Source of the DNA: Verrucomicrobiota bacterium
GTDB lineage: Bacteria > Verrucomicrobiota > Kiritimatiellia > CAIQIC01 > JAGNIJ01
Length of the DNA stretch: 64,000 nt
Assembly: GCA_043803015.1 (NCBI GenBank)
Contig: JAZDKK010000039.1
Location: 2,708 to 66,707, forward strand
Reading direction: 5' to 3'
The notes under the pieces are model-generated. The model did no database searches, was not told the DNA's origin, and was given only the letters and a program-made list of their open reading frames with translations. The stretch's first letter is position 1; every line of letters begins with the position of its first letter. Shown here piece after piece: positions 28,072-35,814 of the stretch. The position numbers were made by a program, and so were the translations under genes.

Positions 28072-29484
28072 ATGAAGCACTTCATTCTGCTGGCCGGCCT
28101 GCTGGCTGTATTCGCTGCCGTGACGCCGGCCGCCCCGGCAGCGGAACTGCCGTCCAGCGGCCTCGTCTATCTCATCCCCATCCGCGGGATGATCGAGCCC
28201 GCGCTGCTCTACGTCATCCGGCGCGGCGTGAGCGAGGCGCAGGCGGCGGACGCCCGGGCCATCGTCTTCGTCATGGACACGCCCGGCGGCACGGTGGATG
28301 CGGCGCGCGACATCATCAACACGATCCAGAAAATCTCCGTCCCCACCTACACATTCGTCGAGAAGAACGCCTTCTCCGCCGGCGCCATCATCGCCCTCGC
28401 CACCAAGCACATCTACATGGCGCCGGGCAGCGTGATCGGCGACGCCATGCCGATCATGATCACGCCGTTCGGCAGCCCGCAGGAGATGCCCGACGACCTG
28501 AAGGAGAAGGCGGTCTCCGGCGTCGCCGCGCTGGTCCGGTCGGCCGCGGAGGCCGGCGGACACGACAAGCAGCTGGCGGAGAAGATGGTCCGCCGCGAGC
28601 TCGAGTTCAAGATCGGGGACGACGTGATCGGGAAGAAGGGCGAGCTCCTCACGCTGACCAACATCGAGGCCGAGCGGAAGTTCGGCAAGGAGAAGAAGCC
28701 CTTGCTCTCCGAGGGCACGGTGCCCGACCTGCAGGGCATGCTGAAGCAGATCGGCCCGGAGCATGCCGAGGTCAAGGAGCTGAAGGTGACGGCGGCGGAG
28801 TACGTGGCCCGCTTCATCGCCGCCTTCGCGCCGCTCTTCCTGATGGCCGGCCTGCTCGGCATCTACATCGAGATCAAGACGCCCGGCTTCGGCCTGCCCG
28901 GCCTCCTGGGCATCCTGTCCCTGGCCATCTTTTTCTGGGGCCACCACATTGCCGGGCTCGCGGGCATGGAGGACATGCTCGTCTTCCTGGGGGGCCTCAC
29001 CCTGCTGCTCATCGAGATCTTCCTGATCCCGGGGTTCGGCGTGGTGGGCGTCACCGGCATCCTTCTCATGGTCTGGGCCGCGCTCAGCGCGATGATCGAG
29101 CGCTACCCGGGCGGCCCCTGGTATCCGTCGCTCGACCAGCTCCAGTGGCCGCTGCTCAAGCTGTCGGGATCGCTGGTGGGATCCGCCGTGGTCATCGCCC
29201 TCATCGCGCGGTTCCTGCCGGAATCCGCGCTCTTCAGGCGGCTGACGCTGGAGAAAGCCGCGAGCCGGCAGGCCGGCTACGCGGCCTCGGAGGATACCCA
29301 CTTCCTCCTCGGCCTCGAGGGCAAGGCGCTCTCGCAGCTGCGGCCCGCCGGCACCGCCATGTTCGGCGATCGGAAGCTGGACGTCGTCACGCGGGGCGAC
29401 TACCTGCAGCCCGGCACGGCGATACGGATTGTCGAATCCCACGGAAACCGTATCATTGTGGAGAAGTGCGGCGACAAGGCGTAG
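28072..29484 (+). CDS. NfeD-family membrane-bound serine protease (long NfeD, ClpP-like domain + TM region + OB domain)
   Basis: 470 aa. It has a signal peptide, a ClpP-like block IVFVMDTPGGTVDAARDI...AFSAGAIIAL, multiple TM helices and a C-terminal NfeD OB-fold region. Confidence 0.85.
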   Translation: MKHFILLAGLLAVFAAVTPAAPAAELPSSGLVYLIPIRGMIEPALLYVIRRGVSEAQAADARAIVFVMDTPGGTVDAARDIINTIQKISVPTYTFVEKNAFSAGAIIALATKHIYMAPGSVIGDAMPIMITPFGSPQEMPDDLKEKAVSGVAALVRSAAEAGGHDKQLAEKMVRRELEFKIGDDVIGKKGELLTLTNIEAERKFGKEKKPLLSEGTVPDLQGMLKQIGPEHAEVKELKVTAAEYVARFIAAFAPLFLMAGLLGIYIEIKTPGFGLPGLLGILSLAIFFWGHHIAGLAGMEDMLVFLGGLTLLLIEIFLIPGFGVVGVTGILLMVWAALSAMIERYPGGPWYPSLDQLQWPLLKLSGSLVGSAVVIALIARFLPESALFRRLTLEKAASRQAGYAASEDTHFLLGLEGKALSQLRPAGTAMFGDRKLDVVTRGDYLQPGTAIRIVESHGNRIIVEKCGDKA

Positions 29485-29502
29485 GAAGGGAAGAGGCAAT
29501 CC

Positions 29503-30012
29503 ATGACCCCAACCTTGCAGTTCTACATCATCCTCGTGATCGTCGGCCTGTTCCTGATCGGGGCGGAGATCTTCCTGCCCGGCGGCGTGATCGGGGTGCT
29601 CGGCGTGATGGCGCTCGCGGGGGCGATGATCGTCGGCTTCTCGCCCGCGGTCTTCGGCCTGCAGGGCGGCCTGCTCAGCGCGCTGATCATCGTGGTGCTG
29701 GTGGGCCTCTGCATTGCCGCGTGGGTCAAGTATTTCCCGAAGACCTCGATGGGACGGCGCATGACCCTGGAGAAGGACGGCAAGACCTTCAAGGCGGCCT
29801 CCGAGGTCGAGTCGCTCATCGGCAAGGAGGGTGTGGCGCTGAGCATCCTGCGTCCGTCCGGCATTGCCAAGATCGACGGCCGCCGCGTGGACGTGGTGGC
29901 CGACGGGACCTGGATCGAGAGCGGCAAGCGCATCAAGGTCATGGGCGTCTCGGGTCCGAGAGTCCTCGTGCGCGAGATCTCCGGAACGCCCGGGGGCAAG
30001 GATTCGGCATGA
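29503..30012 (+). CDS. short NfeD-like membrane protein (TM helices + C-terminal OB-fold domain)
   Basis: 169 aa. There are three predicted TM segments, followed by GKEGVALSILRPSGIAKIDGRRVDVVADGTWIESGKRIKV, which is typical of the NfeD C-terminal domain. Confidence 0.7.
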   Translation: MTPTLQFYIILVIVGLFLIGAEIFLPGGVIGVLGVMALAGAMIVGFSPAVFGLQGGLLSALIIVVLVGLCIAAWVKYFPKTSMGRRMTLEKDGKTFKAASEVESLIGKEGVALSILRPSGIAKIDGRRVDVVADGTWIESGKRIKVMGVSGPRVLVREISGTPGGKDSA

Positions 30013-31259
30013 TGAGGAGGACCTGGCTGGCTTCGCTCGCCGTGCTCGTGGTCACCGGCGCGACCGCGCCGGCCATCCAGTTCAGGACGGCTGACGCCTA
30101 CGTCCTCCAGCCCGACCAGGCGGTCACCGAAGAACTCTGGCTCGTCGCCGGCACCGCGGACATCCGCGGGACCGCCGAGGACGACGTGTTCGCCGCCGGG
30201 AATGCATTCGACGCGGCCAGCTCGATCACCCTTTCAGGCGCCTTCGGCAACGACGTGTGGGCCGTGGCCAATACCGTCACCGTGACCGGCCGCGTGAAGG
30301 AGCACGGCCGCCTGCTGGCCAACACCGTCGAGCTCGGCGGCAAGATCGGCGCCAGCCTCGCGGCGGCCGGCAGTTCCATCCGCCTCGCCAAGGGGTCCGA
30401 AGTCGCCGGCGACGCCATCCTTCTCTGCGAGAATGCCCTGCTCGAGGGCGAGGTCGGGGGCAACCTGCGGCTGTTTGCCTACAGCGTGACCCTGAGCGGA
30501 AGGTTCGCGGGCAACGTGAGGGTGGTGGCCGAGGACATCGTCGTGATGCCCCGGACGGCGATCAAGGGCAACCTGACCTACACCTCCTCCAAGGAGCTGT
30601 TCCTGGACCAGAACGTCGTGCTGGGAGGCCAGCTGGTCCGAAAGGACGTGACGAAGCCGGCCGAGGCGCCGTCCTACAGCCCGCGCCTGAACGACATCGT
30701 GGTCATGCACGCGTTCTTCTACCTGTGCGCCCTGGTCGTGGCGCTGCCCTTCGTCGCGATCTTCGGCCCGTTCGCCGGCCGCGCGGTCCGCTCGATCCGG
30801 CAGTCCAGCTGGAAGTGCGCGCTCGTCGGCCTCGCGGCCTTCTGCCTGATGCCCATGATCGCTGTCTTCGCCGTCTTCACGATCGTCGGCATCCCGCTCA
30901 GCGCGATCCTCCTCGTGACGTACGGTGTGATGATCTACCTGAGCAAGATCGTCGTTGCGCTCGTGGTCGGCGGCGTTCTCCTCCGCCGCCGCGGCCCCCA
31001 GCCGTTCAGCCGCGTGTTCACGGCCCTGTCCCTCGGCCTGATCCTGCTCTACGCCCTCGCCGCCCTGCCCACCGTCGGCCTCATCGTCTGGTTCCTGACG
31101 GTCCTGCTGGGCTTCGGAGGCATGGTGCTGGCGGTCTTTGCACCGCTGGCGCCGGCCGCCGCGGAACCGCCCCCGCTGGCGCCGTCAGGCCCACCCCCCG
31201 TGGGCCAGGAGCCCCCTACCTTCGGACCTGGAAGCAATCCAACGCAGAGGAATCCATAA
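30009..31259 (+). CDS. membrane protein with an exported bactofilin-like (polymer-forming beta-helical) repeat domain and a C-terminal multi-TM domain
   Basis: ATG 30009 overlaps the previous stop (ATGA). It has a signal-like N-terminus. Repetitive G-x-hydrophobic units are present (e.g. VTVTGRVKEHGRLLANTVELGGKIGASL, LLEGEVGGNLRLFAYSVTLSGRFAGNVRVVA). Four to five TM helices follow. Only the last 416 codons of the long track ORF are supported. Confidence 0.6.
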   Translation: MMRRTWLASLAVLVVTGATAPAIQFRTADAYVLQPDQAVTEELWLVAGTADIRGTAEDDVFAAGNAFDAASSITLSGAFGNDVWAVANTVTVTGRVKEHGRLLANTVELGGKIGASLAAAGSSIRLAKGSEVAGDAILLCENALLEGEVGGNLRLFAYSVTLSGRFAGNVRVVAEDIVVMPRTAIKGNLTYTSSKELFLDQNVVLGGQLVRKDVTKPAEAPSYSPRLNDIVVMHAFFYLCALVVALPFVAIFGPFAGRAVRSIRQSSWKCALVGLAAFCLMPMIAVFAVFTIVGIPLSAILLVTYGVMIYLSKIVVALVVGGVLLRRRGPQPFSRVFTALSLGLILLYALAALPTVGLIVWFLTVLLGFGGMVLAVFAPLAPAAAEPPPLAPSGPPPVGQEPPTFGPGSNPTQRNP

Positions 31260-31274
31260 AGGAGGAGCAATGCC

Positions 31275-32309
31275 ATGAGTAGCAGTAGTGGTCAACCGGT
31301 CGTCATCCTGTTCGTCGTGCTGGCGGTCCCAATCCTGATTGTCGTGGGCGTGTTCTTCTACTTCCTGAAAATCTGGGTGCAGGCGTGGATGTCGGGCGCC
31401 CGGGTCAGCCTGTTCAACCTGCTCGGCATGAAACTCCGGAAGGTGCCGCCCTCCCTCATCGTCGAGGCGCGCATCCGGCTGGTCAAGGCCGGGCTCGAGC
31501 TGGAAACCGATCCCCTCGAGGCCCACTACCTCGCCGGCGGCGACGTGATCCAGGTCGTGCACGCGCTGATCGCGGCCGACAAGGCCAACATCGACCTGAA
31601 CTTCCAGCGCGCCGCGGCCATCAACCTCGCCGGCCGCGATGTGTACGACGCCGTCCGCACCAGCGTGAATCCGAAGGTCATCGATTGCCCCGATCCGGCC
31701 AAGGGGTCCACCATGCTCGACGCCGTGGCCAAGGACGGCATCCGGCTCCTGGTCAAGGCGCGCGTGACCGTGCGCACGAACCTCGAGCGCCTCGTCGGCG
31801 GCGCCACCGACGAGACGATCATCGCCCGCGTGGGCCAGGGCATTGTCAGCGCCATCGGCTCGTCCCCGTCGTACAAGGACGTGCTGGAGAACCCGGACCA
31901 CATCAGCCGGGTCGTGCTCGACAGCGGCCTCGATGCGCAGACGTCCTTCGAGATTGTCTCGATCGACATCGCGGACATCAGCGTCGCCGGCACGCTCGCC
32001 AAGGACGTGGCGAACGTCGGCGCGATGCTGGAAACCGACCGCGCCGAGGCCGACAAGAAGATCCGCCAGGCCGAGGCCGAGGGTGAACTGCGAATGGCCG
32101 TGGCCCGGGAACAGCAGATGAGGGCCAAGGTCCAGGAGATGCAGGCCAAGGTGGTCGAGGCCCAGGCCCAGATTCCCATGGCGATCGCCCAGGCGTTCCG
32201 GGAAGGCAAGCTGGGCGTCATGGATTTCTACCGGATGCAGAACATCATGGCCGACACGTCGATGCGCGAATCCATCGCGGAGGGCGGACAGGAGCCGCAG
32301 AAGTCGTAG
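31275..32309 (+). CDS. floA: flotillin-like protein FloA (UPF0365/YqfA family)
   Basis: 344 aa. It is co-linear with the FloA pattern: [28 protein letters not shown]-like [68 protein letters not shown]. Confidence 0.9.
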   Translation: MSSSSGQPVVILFVVLAVPILIVVGVFFYFLKIWVQAWMSGARVSLFNLLGMKLRKVPPSLIVEARIRLVKAGLELETDPLEAHYLAGGDVIQVVHALIAADKANIDLNFQRAAAINLAGRDVYDAVRTSVNPKVIDCPDPAKGSTMLDAVAKDGIRLLVKARVTVRTNLERLVGGATDETIIARVGQGIVSAIGSSPSYKDVLENPDHISRVVLDSGLDAQTSFEIVSIDIADISVAGTLAKDVANVGAMLETDRAEADKKIRQAEAEGELRMAVAREQQMRAKVQEMQAKVVEAQAQIPMAIAQAFREGKLGVMDFYRMQNIMADTSMRESIAEGGQEPQKS

Positions 32310-32345
32310 CGCGATCCCCCGGGGGCGGCGCTTCGTTGGAGAACC

Positions 32346-33011
32346 ATGATCGACCACGTCGTCAAAGCCGACAGCGGGGCGGATGCGATCATCTGGATCC
32401 TGCTGGGGGTGTTCTGGGTCATCGCCCAGCTCCTGGCCAAGGGCAGGGGCAAGGGCTCCGTGCCCCGACCTCCCCCGGTCCCCCCGCGGCCGGCCCCGTC
32501 CATCGAGGACGACCTGAAACAGCTGTTCGAGACGATCAGCCGCACGGCGGGCGGAGCGGAAGCCGGGCCGAAGAGCCCTCCCCCTCCTCCGCCGGCGCCC
32601 ATGCGGCCCGTTCCCTATGGCTTCAGGCCGAAACCGGCCGCGGCCCCGCCCCCGCCGCGCAGACCGATCCGTACGCGCCTGGTGCCGAGCGAGGCCGCCC
32701 GCGTCACAAGTGCACGGCCGCAGGAACCCAGCCCGGCTGCGCCCGCTCCGGAAGCCCCTCGGCCGATGTCTGCTGCGTCGCTGACCGAGACCGCTATGCC
32801 CCACCGGGCGCAGCCGGGGAGTATGACTATTCCGCTGTCCAAGGTTCTGCCGTCGGCCGCGCAGGGGTTCAAGCTGTCGGCCATGAGCATAGCCACCGGC
32901 ATACTCTACTCGAGGGGGACCCACGGCAACCGCGCGTTCCGCGGGCGGGGCGCGTTGAGGCGTGCTGTGATCAGCCGGATTGTGCTGGGCCCGCCGAAGG
33001 CTTTTGGATAA
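32346..33011 (+). CDS. hypothetical membrane-anchored proline-rich protein
   Basis: 221 aa. One N-terminal TM helix (AIIWILLGVFWVIAQLL) is followed by a long P/A-rich low-complexity region. It follows floA in the same direction. Coding status is moderately supported. Confidence 0.45.
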   Translation: MIDHVVKADSGADAIIWILLGVFWVIAQLLAKGRGKGSVPRPPPVPPRPAPSIEDDLKQLFETISRTAGGAEAGPKSPPPPPPAPMRPVPYGFRPKPAAAPPPPRRPIRTRLVPSEAARVTSARPQEPSPAAPAPEAPRPMSAASLTETAMPHRAQPGSMTIPLSKVLPSAAQGFKLSAMSIATGILYSRGTHGNRAFRGRGALRRAVISRIVLGPPKAFG

Positions 33012-33900
33012 GCGGCAGGATCCGCGCGTTGATATCCTTCTGCGTCGCGCAGCGCGGAACGTTCCTGTACAGCGCCCAGCGTTCCTCGTGCGAGACCGAT
33101 TCGCCGGGCGCCAGCTCTGCCAGCGGCCCCAGCGTCTCCAGCTCCAGGATGCGTTGGTCGGCGTACACCTCGAAGTTCACGTCGCCGTCGGGGTAGACGC
33201 CCTCGGCCTTCCGCTCGAACCACTTGACGAAGAGCCGGCGATCCAGGAGGTACGCCGCCCAGCCCTCACGTTGCGCCAGGCCCAGCTTGGTCGGACCGCG
33301 TTTCGGATCCTGTTTCAGCAGGATGCAGCGCGAGCCGATGTTCCAGCGCGGGTCGGCGAGGTTCGTGTAGCTCCACAGGCTCCAGTTCTGGTTGGGCGTC
33401 CACCGGTCGTCGCGGAGCTCGAACGGTGGGAGCGGGATGATCGCCGTGCCGCCCGGCGCCAGGACGGTCAGGGCCCACGGCGAGCACTCGACCGGCGTCT
33501 TGCCTTCGTTGGTCAGCCGATGGACAACGGTGACTTCGTTCCGGTCCTCCGCCATGCGGATGTCCATCGCCTTGCGAAGGCGCGTCAGCAGGCCCGGCTC
33601 CGCCACGACGCTGACCCCGCCCTCGATCTCCCGGAACTGCACGGCCCGGTTGTCCAGCTCGTAGGTCCTCGGCTTCTGCTCGGGGGCGACCCACAGGCGA
33701 TGTCCGCCCCGGAGCATCCACTTCGCCTCGCCCTTCCCGCCCCGCTGCTCGCGGAACTCCCCGAAGATGTTGCGCCCCTTCTTGAACCCGTAGTGGATGA
33801 TCCGCGGGCCGACCTCGAGCGTGACGATCAGCTCCGTCTCGTCGTTCGCCAGCCGGAGGTTCTTCTGCCATCCGCCGTAAGGAACCATTTCCACCGCCAT
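32971..33900 (-). CDS. hypothetical protein, possibly a DUF4380 / galactose-mutarotase-like fold (tentative)
   Basis: Start at ATG 33900 (MAVEMVPYGGWQKNLRLAND) or ATG 33888. Composition is protein-like throughout. The family call is from memory and is weak. Confidence 0.55.
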   Translation of the reverse strand: MAVEMVPYGGWQKNLRLANDETELIVTLEVGPRIIHYGFKKGRNIFGEFREQRGGKGEAKWMLRGGHRLWVAPEQKPRTYELDNRAVQFREIEGGVSVVAEPGLLTRLRKAMDIRMAEDRNEVTVVHRLTNEGKTPVECSPWALTVLAPGGTAIIPLPPFELRDDRWTPNQNWSLWSYTNLADPRWNIGSRCILLKQDPKRGPTKLGLAQREGWAAYLLDRRLFVKWFERKAEGVYPDGDVNFEVYADQRILELETLGPLAELAPGESVSHEERWALYRNVPRCATQKDINARILPLIQKPSAGPAQSG

Positions 33901-34080
33901 CGCGACCTCCGTGAAAGATGCGCGGCATGATAGCGGGATGCCCCACCCAATCTCCATCGTTTTCTGTCGCGCCGGCACGGAATCTCCCCGCGGCAAGCTG
34001 GGGCATCGTGGTAGGGCCGAGGCGCTGCCTCGGCCGCTCGCCTCGGCGCGGCCTCCAGCGAAGCCCGGCGGCCGGCCCAG

Positions 34081-34121
34081 CCGTCTTCGCTGCGCTTCGC
34101 CGAGCCAAGGCGGGCCGGCCC
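34081..34121. repeat. GC-rich repeat unit CCGTCTTCGCTKCGCTTCGCCGAG(C)CAAGGCGG
   Basis: It matches 58292-58328 at roughly 34 of 38 positions by eye. Both copies are intergenic. Confidence 0.6.
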
Positions 34122-34224
34122 TACCTTGCCCTTCCCCGTCAGGCCCGGCGGGACAACCCCCTGCCGTTGTTGACTTTGTATGCGGCTGCAGACAAACTCA
34201 GGCAAAAAGCGGAAGGGACTTCGC

Positions 34225-34971
34225 ATGAATATCTCCCGATGGCTCGTCGTGGCCGGCGCGGTCGCGCTCCTCCAAATCCCCGCCCTGGCCGGACCCCTGA
34301 CCGGCAGCGTGACGATGGATTCCGGGATCGAGGCGCGGAACCTGGATCGGCTGAGCGTGGGGCTGGACGCCGAGATGCTGCAGCGCGACGTGGAGCCGGA
34401 GTCCGGGGGGGTTATGGAGCTCAAGGCTCAGCAAGCTTCCGCCTTCCTCGGCGTGGACCTGTTTCCCTGGCTCGCGATCTACGGCACGGCGGGCGCGGCC
34501 GAAGCGAAGCTGGGCGATATGGGGGACTACGGCGACGCTCAGTTCAAATGGTCGGCCGGCCTGAACGCCAACATCTGGCACTGGGAAGATTCCGTCAAGG
34601 ACCCGTCCTGGGGCCTGACGATCAAGGCGGTCGGCGAGTTCTCGCAGTACGAGTCCGGCGACGAGAACAACAAGGTCGAGTGGGACGAGATCTCGGCGGC
34701 CCTGCCGCTGAGCTACGAGATCTACTTTGCCACCTACCCGGAGGGGTGGGCCGACATTGACACGCTGATGATCTACGCCGGCCCGGCCTTTTCGGCCATC
34801 GACGGCACCCGCACGATGAAGGGCGCGGAATTCGATTTCTCCGAGAGCGAGAGCGCCGGCATCCTCGGCGGCTTGGATCTCTTCTTCACCGACAGCCTCT
34901 CCCTGCGCGGCCAGGTCGAGTTTTTCGACAGCGTCATCTACAGCGCCAGCCTGCGCTATCACTTCCACTGA
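34225..34971 (+). CDS. outer-membrane beta-barrel protein (hypothetical)
   Basis: Start at MNISRWLVVAGAVALLQIPALAG (signal peptide). The sequence has alternating amphipathic strands. The C-terminus is ...ASLRYHFH. Confidence 0.6.
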   Translation: MNISRWLVVAGAVALLQIPALAGPLTGSVTMDSGIEARNLDRLSVGLDAEMLQRDVEPESGGVMELKAQQASAFLGVDLFPWLAIYGTAGAAEAKLGDMGDYGDAQFKWSAGLNANIWHWEDSVKDPSWGLTIKAVGEFSQYESGDENNKVEWDEISAALPLSYEIYFATYPEGWADIDTLMIYAGPAFSAIDGTRTMKGAEFDFSESESAGILGGLDLFFTDSLSLRGQVEFFDSVIYSASLRYHFH

Positions 34972-35034
34972 CCCCTCTCCCAGCCCGCGCTTGAAGCCGC
35001 ACCGCAAGTGATGTAAGAAGGAATCTGCACGGGC

Positions 35035-35145
35035 GCCGGAGTGGCGGACTTGTCCGCCGCAGGCGGAATGGCAGATCCGCCTTCGCCCAAGCCGCTCCGC
35101 GGCTGGGCTACGGCGGACAGGCGCACTGGGCGCAAAGACCCAGCA
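35035..35145 (+). pseudogene. degenerate copy of the 5' half of tRNA-Leu, split by two GC-rich repeat insertions
   Basis: Three segments concatenate to 30 nt identical to 35164-35193 of the intact tRNA: gccggagtggcgga (35035-35048), atggcaga (35068-35075) and cgcactgg (35122-35129). The insertions span 35049-35067 and 35076-35121. No variable arm or T arm follows. Confidence 0.5.
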
Positions 35146-35163
35146 GCAGTGGTTGATGTTCTT

Positions 35164-35249
35164 GCCGGAGTGGCGGAATGGCAGACGCACTGGACTCAAA
35201 ATCCAGCGCCTTTACGGGCATGAGGGTTCGACTCCCTCCTCCGGCACCA
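35164..35249 (+). tRNA. tRNA-Leu (anticodon CAA), type II with a long variable arm, CCA encoded
   Basis: - Acceptor stem: GCCGGAG / CTCCGGC.
- D arm: GGCGGAATGGCAGACGC.
- Anticodon stem-loop: CTGGA-CTCAAAA-TCCAG.
- Long variable arm.
- T arm: GAGGG-TTCGACT-CCCTC.
- Discriminator A followed by CCA. Confidence 0.9.
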
Positions 35250-35250
35250 T

Positions 35251-35370
35251 CCTTCGCTCGAAGCGCAGCGAAGAGCGAAGGATGCCCTTCGAAGCTCGAG
35301 CGAAGCGCAGAGCGAAGTAGGGCAACGCACTTCGATGAGCGCTTCGAGCTTCGGATGGCAAGCTCGCCAC
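35251..35370. repeat. GC-rich gagcgaag/cttcgctc repeat cluster immediately downstream of the tRNA
   Basis: The hairpin CCTTCGCTC-N13-GAGCGAAGG lies at 35251-35281. The direct repeat cgaagcgcag(c)g(a)agcgaag occurs at about 35259 and about 35299. Confidence 0.5.
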
Positions 35371-35374
35371 GGCT

Positions 35375-35812
35375 TTACCCGGACGCGCCGGGCGGTTTCG
35401 GCGGCCTCTTCAGGCGGAGACCAAGCTTGAGCCGGATGCCGAGGCTGTCCAGCGTCTCCTGGATGTTCTCCGGGGTAAAGGGCTTCATCAGGTAGCCGTC
35501 GCAGCCGGCCTTCATCGAGGCCGAGATCTCCAGCATGTCGGTGGAAGAAGTGACCATGATGATCCGGGCCCCGGCCAGCCTCTTCTCCTGCTCCCAGGTG
35601 CGGATGGCCGCCACCGCCTCCTTCCCGCTCATTCCGGGCATGCTGATATCCATGGTCATGAGCATGTAAGGCCGGCCGTCGGCGCTGGCCTTCTTGATCA
35701 TCTCCAGGGCTTCCGAACCGTTGGTGGCCGTATCACAGTCGCCGTACGTGGCGAGCAGCGTTTTCAGCTTCGCCCTGCTCACGTCTTCGTCATCGACGAT
35801 CAGGATTCTCAT
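35375..35812 (-). CDS. single-domain response regulator (CheY-like receiver)
   Basis: Start at MRILIVDDEDVSRAKL. Phospho-acceptor context MLMTMDISMPGMSG. Conserved KPF. ATG 35812 lies 2 nt after the kinase stop. Confidence 0.85.
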   Translation of the reverse strand: MRILIVDDEDVSRAKLKTLLATYGDCDTATNGSEALEMIKKASADGRPYMLMTMDISMPGMSGKEAVAAIRTWEQEKRLAGARIIMVTSSTDMLEISASMKAGCDGYLMKPFTPENIQETLDSLGIRLKLGLRLKRPPKPPGASG

Positions 35813-35814
35813 GC

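Noticed and set aside
27897-31259. A 1120-aa plus-strand ORF spans the NfeD region.
   Set aside because: Its first 700 or so codons are an out-of-frame R/G/H/P-rich shadow of the two NfeD genes. Only the last 416 codons (30009-31259) have a start, coupling and protein-like sequence.
35035-35375. I considered the tRNA-Leu locus as the attachment site of an integrated element.
   Set aside because: There is no integrase or other mobile genes nearby. The duplicated segment is the 5' half of the tRNA and lies upstream, which is not the usual 3'-end direct repeat flanking an island.
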